64,000 bases of DNA from contig CM059432.1 of NCBI GenBank assembly GCA_030390025.1, forward strand, positions 81,284,001 through 81,348,000. Reading direction: 5' to 3'. Position 1 is the first letter of the stretch. Each line of letters begins with the position of its first letter. This DNA is from Squalus acanthias (taxonomy: Eukaryota). This document shows, piece after piece, positions 1-10,420 of this stretch. Made by a program: the position numbers and the translations under genes. The notes under the pieces were generated by a model that saw only the letters and a program-made list of their open reading frames with translations, was not told the origin of the DNA and did no database searches.

Positions 1-1905
1 TGCCTTGTTAGTCCTCCCAAAATGCATCACCTCACACTTTTCAGGGTTAAATTCCATTTGCCACTGCTCCAACCATCTAACCAACCCATCTATATCGTCC
101 TGTAGCCTGAGGCTTCCCTCCTCGCTATTTACCACTCCACCAATTTTCGTGTCATCTGCGAACTTACTGATCATACCTCCTACATTCATATCTAAATCAT
201 TAATGTACACTACAAATAGCAAAGGACCCAGCACCAATCCCTGCGGTACACCACTGGACACAAGCTTCCAGGCACAAAAACAACCTTCGACCATCACCCT
301 CTGCCTCCTGCCACTAAGCCAATTTTGGATCCAATGTGCCAAATTGTCCTGGATCCCATGGGCTCTTACCTTCTTGACCAGTCTCCCATGTGGGACTTTG
401 TCAAAAGCCTTACTGAAGTCCATGTAGACTACATCAACTGCACTACCCTCATCCACACACCTAGTCACCCCCTCGAAAAATTCAATCAAATTGGTTAGAC
501 ATGATCCCCCCCTGACAAAGCCATGCTGACTATCCTTGATTAATCCTTGCCTCGCCAAGTGGAGACTAATTCTGTCCCTCAGAATTTTTTCCAATAATTT
601 CCCTACCACTGATGTTAGGCTCACTGGCCTGTAATTCCCTGGTTTATCCCTACTACCCTTCTTGAATAATGATACTACGTTAGCTGTTCTCCAGTCCTCT
701 GGCACCTCCCCTGTGGCCAGAGAGGTTCTGAAAATTTGTGTCAGAGCCCCTGCAATCTCCTCCCTTGCCTCACACAGTAGCCTGGGATACATCTCGTCTG
801 GGCCTGGGGATTTATCCACTTTTAAGCCCGCTAAAACCGCTAGTACCTCCTCCCTCTCAATACTAATTTGTTCATGTATATCACAATCCCCCTGCCTGAT
901 TTCTATGCCCACATCGTCCTTCTCCACAGTGAACACAGATGCAAAATATTCATTTAAAACCTCACCTACATCTTCTGGCTGTACACACAGATTGCCACTT
1001 TGGTCCCTAATGGGCCCTACTCTTTCCCTGGTTATCCTCTTGCCCTTAATATACTTATAAAACACCTTGGGATTTTCCTTTATTTTGCCCACCAGTGTTT
1101 TTCATGCCCCCTTCTTCGCTCTCCTAATTTCTTTTTTAAGTACCCCCCGGCACTTTCTATACTCCTCTCGGGCTTCCACTGTTTTTAGTCCTTTGTATCT
1201 ACCAAAAGCCTCCCTTTTTTTCCTAATCCATTCTTGTATATCCCTTGACAACCAGGGTTCCCTGGGCTTGTTGGTCCCACCCTTGACCTTTACGGGAACA
1301 TGTTGGCGTTGTACTCTCTCTATTTCCTTTCTGAAAGACTCCCACTGCTCTGATATGGATTTTCCTACAAGTAGCTGATCCCAGTCCACTTTGGCCAGAT
1401 CCTGCCTTATCATATTAAAATCTGCCTTCCCCCAATTTAGAACATTTATTTCCGGTCCATCTTTGTCCTTTTCCATGACTACCTTAAATCTCACCGAATT
1501 ATGGTCACTGTTACCAAAATGCTCTCCTACTGATACTTCTACCACTTGCCCGGCTACATTCCCTAGAATTAGGTCCAGTACTGCCCCCTCTCTTGTAGGA
1601 CTTTCTACATGCTGGCTCAAAAAGCTCTCCTGGATGCACTTTAAGAATTCCGCACCCTCTAAGCCTTTCACACTCTGACTATCCCAGTTAATATTGGGGA
1701 AGTTGAAATCCCCTACTATTATTACCCTATTATTTCTACACAATCTCTGAGATTTGCCTACATATCTGTTCCTCTATCTCCCCCTGACTGTTTGGGGGCC
1801 TATAGTACACTCCCAGCAAAGTGCTTGCCCCCTTTTTGTTTTTAAGTTCCACCCATATGGCCTCATTAGAGGAACCTGCTAAGATATCATCCCTCCTTAC
1901 AGCAG
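1..1905 (-). mobile_element. CR1 LINE, 5'-truncated ORF2 (APE endonuclease C-terminal part + RT), frameshifted; runs off the window start
   Basis: ORF 1102-1743 has IIVGDFNFPNINW...ILDLIL...SDHNSVRF and 1736-2110 has LLGVYYRPPNS (APE); the antisense of 5-427 carries RT GSVLGP/FADD motifs. Confidence 0.93.
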
Positions 1906-3249
1906 TGAGCTGTGATACACCAGGTGACAACACTAATCTATCTCGCGAATGACCCACCGAGGTGTGCGTCTCTGCGCTGGTGCTGGGTGCGCTGAATTCT
2001 GCTGACGCTGCTCCCTCAGAGACTGCAGCTTCCTCTGAGGAGTCTTCCAGCTTTTCCTCCTGGACAGTGGGGAGGGGGCTCTCGATGGTCCTGTGGGGGA
2101 GTAAAGGCATGAGTTAGACAAGTGATATTAACGTAGCAGACACATCCCATTGTGCAGATGATCAGAACTCAATCTGTATGAACATCAAATGCATTTTCAG
2201 TCACGCATGAAATCTAAATGAGAGGGTTGCAAATCTATTCTGTCACCAGCTTGCTCTACTGCTCCCGTCTCTCCGTCCCCCACTTCCAGCTCCTCTGCAC
2301 CTCCGACGATGTCGATAGCAGCCTCCTCAGCGGTGGTTAAATGAGCCAAGGAAGGTGGCCCTCCTCCAGTCCTCCCCCTCTCCCTCTTATTGTGGGCTCT
2401 CTTTTCCTGCAATGAGGGACACAAGTGGAGTTTGAGCATGAATGTTGGAGTGAATGTAGAGAATCCATTGCATAGATGCTTAGAGGGAGACAAAGGTGGA
2501 GTGAGGTGCCAATACCAAGGGCCCTCCCTGTGCGTTGTTAGTTGTTGTCATTGCATAACAGTGATAGCGAGTGTGAGGGGTGCATATTAGAATGGTGGAG
2601 TGATTCTGTACATAGAGAGAAAGGGATGGTTAAGGGTGCAAGGGATGTAAGGGTAAAGTGGGATGTGCAGGCGTAGGTTGACAATGCAGAGTGCTGGTGA
2701 TGAGAGGAGATGGGGAGCAGATTGAAGGTAAGTGTGATGTTATACTCACTTTTGCTGAGCGTAGCAGATCATTGAACCTTTTCCTGCATTGAACCCAGGT
2801 GCGTGCACACGAAGACCTGGCGCTAACTTCCTCAGCAATTTGCAGCCAGGCTGCCTTGGTTTGCTGAGGAGGCTTCCTCTGTCCATTGGAGGGAAACAGA
2901 ACCTCCTGGTGCCCTCTTACTCCCTCCACAAGAGCATGGAGGGAGCCATCATCGAATCTTGGAGAAGTCTTGGCACTTGAAGCAGTCATCTCACTATCAG
3001 TAACACTGAGAAGCAGCAGAATGTGAATGAAACACCACAAGGCTGCATGGGCCCCTTAAATGCAGCTGAATCAAAGAAGTCAGCAGAGGCGAGCTGCAGA
3101 CCCGAACCCACTGATTGGGCCGGGTAACACGTACGGTGGTCTTAATAAGCCCAGTTAAGGCAAAATAGTTATTTCAGTGCGGCTGAAACTGTCAGTGGGA
3201 CCGGAACCCGCCGACCATCCAACCCGCCTCCTATGGCAAAATTGCGGCC
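1906..3249 (-). mobile_element. PIF/Harbinger element end carrying a 3-exon Myb/SANT-like gene relic
   Basis: Exon 1 2989-2750 (PRFDDGSLHALVEGV...WLQIAEEVS...RTWVQCRKRFNDL, GTGAGT donor); exon 2 2406-2247 (EKRAHNKRERGRTGGGPP, cattgcag acceptor); exon 3 from 2090 (frameshifted); TIR-like GGCAAAATTGCGGCC at about 3235-3249. Confidence 0.85.
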
Positions 3250-4150
3250 TACCTCCCTGCATCTACCTTGACAAGCCCTGCAAGAATTTTGTAAGTTTCA
3301 ATGAGATCACCTCTCATTCTCCTAAACTCTAGAAAATATAGGCCCAGTCTACTCAATCTCTCCTCATAGACAATCCCTCCATCCCAGGAATCAGTCTGGT
3401 GAGCCTTCATTGCACTCCCTCTGTGGCAAGTATATCCTTCCTTAGGTAAGGAGAGCAAAACTGTACACAGTACTCCAGGTATGGTCTCACCAGGGCCCTA
3501 TATAATTGCAGTAAGATGTCTTTACTCTTATACTCAAATCCTCTTGTAATAAAGGCCAACATACCATTTGCTTTCCTAATTGCTTGTCGTACCTGCATGT
3601 TAACTTTCAGTGATTCGTGTACAAGGACACCCAGGTCCTTCTGAACACCAACATTTCCAATCTCTCACCATTTAAAAAATACTCTGCTTTTCTATTTTTC
3701 CTACCAAAGTGGATAACTTCACATTTCTCCACATTATATTCCATTTGCCATGTCTTGCCCACTCACTTAACTTGTCTATATCCCCTTGAAGCCTCTTTGC
3801 ATCCTCCTCATAACATACATTCCCACCCAGCTTTGTATCATCAGCAAACTTGGATATATTACATTTGGTCCCCTCATCCAAATCATTGATGTAGAATGTG
3901 AATAGCTGAGGCTCAAGCACTGATCCTTGCAGTACTCCATTAGTTACAGCCTGCCAACCCGAAAATGACCCGTTTATTCCTACTGTCTGTTTTCTGTCCG
4001 TTAACCAATCCTCAGTCCATGCTCGTATATTACCCACAATCCCACGAGCCCTAATTTTGTTTAATAACCTCTTGTGTGGCACCTTATCGAATGCCTCCTG
4101 AAAATCCCAATACACCACATCCACTGGTTCCCCCTGATCTATCCTGCTAT
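3250..4150 (-). mobile_element. CR1 LINE RT fragment (degraded)
   Basis: ORFs 3672-4181 (VDVVYWDFQEAFDKVPH...QGSVL...KFADDTKL), 3407-3598 and 3249-3458 (LEFRRMRGDLIETYKIL). Confidence 0.92.
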
Positions 4151-5326
4151 TAAGCACTAACATGGTTACACATTTACACAAGGAATCGACAAAAACACAT
4201 TTACATTCAGTTATTTTTGTTCATTTTTACTCTATGTTTTTGCCCCCTTTTTTAATCACTGTGATAAAATGTCTTGAAAGTTTGATAGCATAATGATGTA
4301 AATGAATCACTGTTTAACTCAACAAATAGATGATATTAATTAAATTTGTCACACTTTGAATGCAAACTGCTGTCCAAACAACTAAGCATAAGATTCCACT
4401 GTAAAAGATACTGCACAATTGTCTCCTGCACCCAACTAAATGAATCTGAACAGTCTTTCCAAAGCTGAGTCTTCTACTGAAACTTCACAGTGTGATAATA
4501 TGTCATTAATAATCTCTTGGGATAAATAACTGCATGAGTTTTTTTATTTGTACCTTCTCTGATTTGGAAAAGAAGCCACATTCACTCCTTTATATTTTTT
4601 TTATAAAAAGGAAGAAACTGAATTTCATAAAAATGTAAGACCTGCAGTGCTGTTTGTCGTAAGATGTTTTGATATTGATTTTATGGTCTGGTCCATACAT
4701 AAAAACAATACAACTAAATAGGTCGAATTTAGTTCTCAAAAATAAACAGGCATGTCAGTAGATTTTAATCATTTTCAGATCCTTTCAAGTAATAGTTATT
4801 AATTTAACTTTTGCTGTTGCTTTCTGTTTGATCCATGACCCATCTTTGTTTAAATATTTTACTGCTTTATTTTGTCAGCAGGAGTTTGCTATAGAGTAAC
4901 TACATGTAACACAAACGGAAGAGCTGATGTGATAGCGGCTAAGAATCATAATCCCCCTCAAACCTGGCTAGGGGTCAGAAACTAATGAATTGTGTGGGAA
5001 AACGCATTTGGAGGAATAACAGCTGCAAGAGATAAAAGTTCTAGCTGTTCAGCCACTTTAACCCTAATCCGCCTGATCGTTTACAGCTGTTGAAACTTAA
5101 AATGAGTTTTCCACACCTGTTCTTTGCTAATTTATTGGTGGATTTATTCAAATACTCCTCCACATTTCTATAACGTCGAGTAGATACACCTTCTGCACCC
5201 AATGGGTGGTCTCACAATATTATTCTAATTTTGTTTTACATTCTGTCTGAATTTCTGAAAATATATTTGGTGTGAAAATGTTTAGGTTGATTTTATATCA
5301 CGCTGGATGTCACATTTAAACTTCTG

Positions 5327-6068
5327 GGGGGAAAAATTCGGTTGATTTGTGCCTCCCGTTAGTGCCCTCTTCGGGCGCTAACAGGGCGCAAAGCAACTAG
5401 CGCCTGGGCGCGGCGCTGCTAACACCTCCCGCGAGACTCAGCGGGAGGTTAGCAGCGGCGGTAACCGTTAGTGCCCCGTGGCGCTGCGCCACTGGCGATG
5501 ACGTCATCGCCATGCGCAGTGACCCGCTCGCGCCCCGGCCGCGATCTTCAGTAGGGCCCCCTGACTTACTGCCGGAGGCTATGTCCGACGGGGTCAGGGG
5601 GGCCTACCTGCGGCCGGAGCGGCGCAAATTAAAGGGAAGGCGCGGGCAGCCATTTTTGTTGCTGGCCGCCTGCCAGCACCTGCCCGCTTTGCCATCCCTG
5701 GCCTTCTGTGCAGCCCCCCTCGCGGGGTGCCGGCTGCGCTCTGTGAGCCCGGCACTTCTCTTGAGTGCCGGGCTTTTTTGCCGGCACTCCGATCCCCGGT
5801 GGCCCAGCTGGGCCCCGTCACGCTGCGCAAGGCTCCTCCCCTTTAATAAGGGGAGGAAGGCCTGCAGTACCGTGGCGCGACGTGCTCTGCGGCACATAGC
5901 ACGTGAAACTCACTCGCAGTGCCCCAAGAGGGAGGCGGGGTGCTTCCAGTAGCGCCCCGCCTCCCTCTTGGGGCGCTACCGGTAAATTTCGGGCGCGGGG
6001 GCGCTAACTTTTTTGGGGTGCTAAAAGTAGTTAGCGCCCCAAAGGGGGCGTGACCCAATTTTTCCCCC
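5327..6068. mobile_element. GC/CpG-rich Harbinger-type MITE (family C, copy 1)
   Basis: TIR GGGGGAAAAATT...AATTTTTCCCCC, 3-bp TSD CTG (5324-5326/6069-6071); reverse-complement match to 42598-43370. Confidence 0.88.
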
Positions 6069-6130
6069 CTGATGTTAAACCATATAACACAAGTATACCA
6101 ATATGTACAATTGTCCCAACAGACTCATTA

Positions 6131-6305
6131 TGGTTAATTTTAACTTAACCTGCGTAGCGGGAAACTGACCAGTGCGGGTTCACCACTTGTTTTACACTTT
6201 GCGCTATTTTGCTTTCCATTGACTTTAAAATCACACAATGTGTAAAACGGGTCGCTAACACACATTGGTTAGTTTCCCGCCGGGTGGGTTAAGTTAAAAT
6301 GACCC
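6131..6305. mobile_element. Small hairpin MITE with about 40-bp imperfect TIRs
   Basis: ATTTTAACTTAACC...GCGGGAAACTGACCA is mirrored by TGGTTAGTTTCCCGC...GGTTAAGTTAAAAT. Confidence 0.7.
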
Positions 6306-6337
6306 CTCTTGTATTGGTGCGTGCTGCTGGAAATGCT

Positions 6338-7182
6338 GGGCTGGATTTTGCTAATGGGGAGCTTTTGGAGGCAGGACTCCCACTTGTCGAGTTTTAGTCC
6401 CGCCTCCATCGACTTCTGGCCAACCCATGCTATTTTCCCTTGATTGACCTTGTTAAGCCCGCCCAGCGGGCTTAGCAGGCCAATTAAGGGGAAGCCGGTT
6501 ACAGAGAATGTCAGTGTATGACGTTTCATCTGTCAAAAATTTTTGACAGATGAATTGTCAGCGTTTGACAGCTCTGTGAAGCTGTCAAACACTGACATTC
6601 TCTGTAGTTTGATGAGTTCTTGAATTCAAGACTCATCAAACCTCTTTGTTTAGCAGAAATTAGATGGTTGTTGCATTGGAGAATGCAGCAGCCATCTGTC
6701 ATCTCTGCCGTGGAGGTGCGAGACTCTCCGCATCCCCAACTCTTGAAGCCTGCAGGAAGAAACAAAGGTGAGTAAACTTTTTCTAACACTTTCCACTTAC
6801 CTCACATACTTACCTCTCCACACTTGCACCCATCACTTACCTTCACAGCGCACTTTTGCACCCCGCAGACCCCCGCAGACCCACTACTCGCCTCGGTGAC
6901 CCTGGCGGGGTTCGCAGCCTTCGGGAAGCCTGCACTTATGTGGGTATAATGGTGATAATCCTCTTATCTGCCTGTTAACTGCCTGTTAACAGGCAGTTAA
7001 GTGGCTGTAATCCCCTTCCCGCCTCCAAGGAGATGGGATCCGATGCGGGACGGCTACCTGCCTCCTGGCAAGATGGCACAGAGGCGGGTTGGGGCGGGAT
7101 GCGCACCCGCCCCCAGATTCTGCCATTTTCCTGGCAGTCCTGCCTCCATACCCACCTCCCCAGGGCTGGCAAGATCGCGCCC
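6338..7182. mobile_element. Harbinger-type non-autonomous element (family B, copy 1)
   Basis: TIR GGGCTGGATTTTGC / GCAAGATCGCGCCC, TSD GCT (6335-6337/7183-7185); internal sequence matches the reverse complement of 42251-43794 without its insert. Confidence 0.82.
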
Positions 7183-8300
7183 GCTGCATCAGCTAAATGC
7201 ACAGAAGCACCAGCAGGTAAAACCATATACAATTCTGGAAAATAAACAAAAAGACTCCTGAATAGATAGATGTAACCAAGTTAGTTATTTTACAGCACTT
7301 TATATTTTTAGTTTGTTCCTGTAAAGGAGGGGGGCAAACATCAGTGATTGATAATGTAGGATACAAGGGCATCTTGTAGGTGGGGAAAATATGGTAAGCT
7401 CTCTGGAAGAGTGCTGAAATGAATAATGTGACTGACTTTTGTGTTGCTTGTGCAGGGAAAATACCACTCCATGTACTGCTTGCAGCTTTGCAACCGGCTA
7501 CCAGTTGGTTTGTAGTCCGTCTCCTTCGTTGATAGAGCAGTAGAATATATCAGACTATCCAAAATGCTTTAGAATCAACAAATTAAGTGCTGATAATTGG
7601 GAGTTCAGCAGAATGTCACTCCTGACATTTCTAATTAGCCAGGATTACAGCTTGCAAAACCATTCATTTATCTGTGTTTACTTTTAAGAGTGATATACAT
7701 CAAAGTGAGTTGTGCTTTAAAACAAAATAAGCGATTGTCTTTACAAATAAGTTAGAGTGATCTTTGTTGGTTCCATGATTCCTTTGCTGTGTAAAATTGA
7801 ATATTAAAATGCACTAGATGCAGTAGTTCCACACTGGCCATGAATGGAGGGATTGAGGAATTCATCCTTACTTCTCCCTTAACGCACTAGTGCAAAATTG
7901 TATGAAAACTCATTGATTTTAAAAGGAAACTCTAGTACTTGTATCAAGATTTAACTTCTGATTGATTGCAACTCACTAATTCAAGGTGGCCATCTTGGGT
8001 ATGCAGGTATTCTGTAGTTGAAGTACTAGCTGCCCAATACACCCGATCAATGCCAATGTAAAAGTTGCAGAACAGCAAAGGAGAGGATCATCCACAGCAA
8101 AACACAGCATTCCTTCCATTTTGACCCTTTAAACCAATATATTTTTAATGAATTATATTAAATATTTGGCACTTTATGTAGTATAAACTAGTGCTTATGT
8201 TGCAATTAAGTTATGGGTCCGGAATTTCCTTGGAACTACTCTTGCTCCACTGCAATAACTTTGCTGGAAGTGCGGCAGAAATACCACTCACGCGGTTTAC

Positions 8301-8625
8301 ATTGTTCTCATTGGCGGAAGGGTCGAGAACCAGAGGACACAGATTTAAGGTGATTGGCAAAAGAACCAAAGGCGACATGAGGAAAAACTTTTTTACGCAG
8401 CAAGTGGTTATGATCTGGAATGCACTGCCTGAAAGGGTGGTGGAAGCAGACTCAATCCTTGCTTTCAAAAGGGAATTGGATAAGTAACTGAAGGAAAAAA
8501 ATTTACAGGGCTACGGGGAAAGGGCAGGGGAGTGGGACTAGCTGAAGTGCTCTTGCAGAGAGCCGACATGGGCCCGACGGGCCGAATGGCCTCCTTCTGT
8601 GCTGTAACCATTCCATGATTCTATG
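8301..8625 (+). mobile_element. CR1 LINE 3' end
   Basis: SRTRGHRFKVIGKR...FFTQQVVMIWNALPERVVEADS followed by a 3' UTR ending ...GATTCTATGA. Confidence 0.9.
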
Positions 8626-9173
8626 AGACTTTTTTTTACAATATCCAATTTATTTAATTTTAATCTTCAGTAATGAGTTTGACTTTAGGTTTCGTTACCT
8701 GGGTTGTGATCCAGAAGACAAGGTTCGCCAATCTGCTGTGGTTATGTTTTTCCTCACAAATTTCTTCTGCTGCATTCTGGTTTATCCTCTTTTTCTCTCT
8801 CTCTCTCCACCTCTTTCTCATTTATGACACTGCTCTGAAAATGTAACTTTCTGTGTAACATAAGTTGAAAACATAATTTATCTCAACTCAACGTCGTAAA
8901 CTGAGAAAGTTTCTAAAAAAAAGAAAAAGAAAGGCTTGCATTTATGTCGCATGTTTCATGACCTCTGATGTCCCAAAGTACTTTACAGCCATTGAGTACT
9001 TTTTGAAGTGTAGTCACTGTTGTAATGTAGGAAATGCGTCAGCCAATTTGCACACAACAAGCACCCACAAACAGCAATGTGATAATGACAATATAATCTG
9101 TTTTAGTGATGTTGATTGAGCGATAAATATTGGCCAGGATATCAGGGATAACTCCCCTGCTCTTCAAAATATT

Positions 9174-9449
9174 CATGATGCGGAGATGCCGGTGTTGGAC
9201 TGGGGTGGACAAAATTGAGAGGTCGCACAACACCAGGTTATAGTCCAACAGTTTTATTTGAAATCACAAGCTTTCGGAGCTATCGATTTGCTCCTTCCTC
9301 AGGTGAAGTAAATTAGATACAGAATCTCCAAAGCATATATAGATGGAAAACAAAGAATGTGTACTTTACAATTGCAGACCAATAAATTAAATCATCCTGA
9401 CTATCTGCCGAGGTGTGATAAAGTTAATTAAGTCAGCCAGGAAGGTACC
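9174..9449 (-). mobile_element. Penelope-like terminal-repeat fragment (family P2)
   Basis: Splits the SINE with direct repeat AAATATT (9167-9173/9450-9456); highly similar to 24051-24290 and 60987-61169; contains a hammerhead core. Confidence 0.8.
9264..9306 (-). ncRNA. Minimal type I hammerhead ribozyme
   Basis: Minus strand reads UCAC-CUGAGGA-A-GGAGC(loop)GCUCC-GAAA-GC-UU-GUGA: conserved CUGANGA and GAAA boxes, stem I UCAC/GUGA, stem II, palindromic AGCU stem III. Confidence 0.8.
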
Positions 9450-9959
9450 AAATATTGCCATGGGATCTTTTACGTCCACCTGAAAGAGCAGACCGGGCCT
9501 CGGTTTAATGTCTCATCCAAAATACGGCACCTCCGACAGTGCAGCACTCCCTCAGCACTGCACTGGAGTGTCAGCCTAGATTTTTGTGTTCAAGTCTCTG
9601 GACTGGGACTATGAACCCACAACCTCCTGACTCAGAGGCGAGAGTGCTACCAAATGAGCCATGGCTGACACGGTTGACATGGATTGAAAGGCTCTTGTTA
9701 CAAGTGAAGCAATTTCATGGTTTCAGATACCTGAAGAGCACCTGTCGATTGAAGAGTGTTCTTTTTTTGGAGGGTGGAGAGGAAATTGAATAGTTCAGAA
9801 CTATAGCGAATGTAGCTATAAAAAGCTAGAATAGTAGGATTTGTCATGAGCAGGAGGCATCTTTGCCAAGAAATATCTTTAAGCTATCTTCAGTGCTCCC
9901 CTTTGTAAATATATATATTTTTTTAATTATTGTTTTATTTGGGTTTCCTTGCCAAGATC

Positions 9960-10420
9960 CTTCTACTGCTGTTGGTTGGCTTGCGCACCTGGTCTCACCA
10001 GGCATACCTCCACCGACCCTATGCCAAGTCCCTCAGAGGGTTGGGAATGTGGGATGTAGGGAGTCCCTGCATTTGCATCACCTCTTCTGCTGATAGCTTT
10101 GTTTGGGAAAAGCAGAACCTCTGCCTCCAACAGACCATCACAAAACCTCCTGAGCAAGTCTGCGACCTTGTGTATCAAGCCCCGGCCTAATTTCCAGCCC
10201 TTCTGGTGCACTCCTTCCAAAGTCATGGCAACAGTACGCCAGACGGGCCATGGAATATTGGCCCCTAAGACTACTAAAAGACTGCATTGCTGCAAGTAGG
10301 TGCCCTAGGGAGTGAATTATCTTGAAATTCGTTACTGTTGCTGGCAATACAGCTGCCAGACTCTCTGATAGTAACTGCCCCAGGCAATACCAGTCTATGT
10401 GTGAGTCCTACCAGTGATAG
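9960..10420 (+). pseudogene. Possible ancient non-LTR retrotransposon relic (R4/RTE-like region C-terminal to RT)
   Basis: Broken frames give AYLHRPYAKSLRGLG, W...SKV(M)HG-QYARR and DSLIVTA, resembling RLYxPxxxGGRGL / KxLHGQY / ExLIxAAQ motifs. Weak. Confidence 0.35.

Larger units (their letters stand above)
8914..9671 (-). mobile_element. tRNA-headed DeuSINE (SacSINE1-like), interrupted by a Penelope-like insertion
   Basis: Reverse complement of the 22700-23075 copy; head with GGCTC...GGTTCA boxes, central GAGGGAGTGCTGCACTGTCGGAGGTGCC, L2-like tail. Confidence 0.8.

Noticed and set aside
5..1678. Plus-strand ORFs (140, 132, 103 and 95 aa)
   Set aside because: Antisense shadows of CR1 ORF2, recurring opposite other CR1 copies.
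1736..2110. ORF joining an acidic segment to an APE motif
   Set aside because: Read-through across the Harbinger/CR1 junction near 1905.
5512..5952. Overlapping ORFs here and at 42632-43301 as a gene or host CpG-island promoter
   Set aside because: Confined within TIR/TSD-bounded MITEs; frames not conserved between copies; stop-poor because of GC content.
9560..9671. tRNA gene
   Set aside because: Only degenerate A/B-box-like sequence in a SINE head; no cloverleaf.
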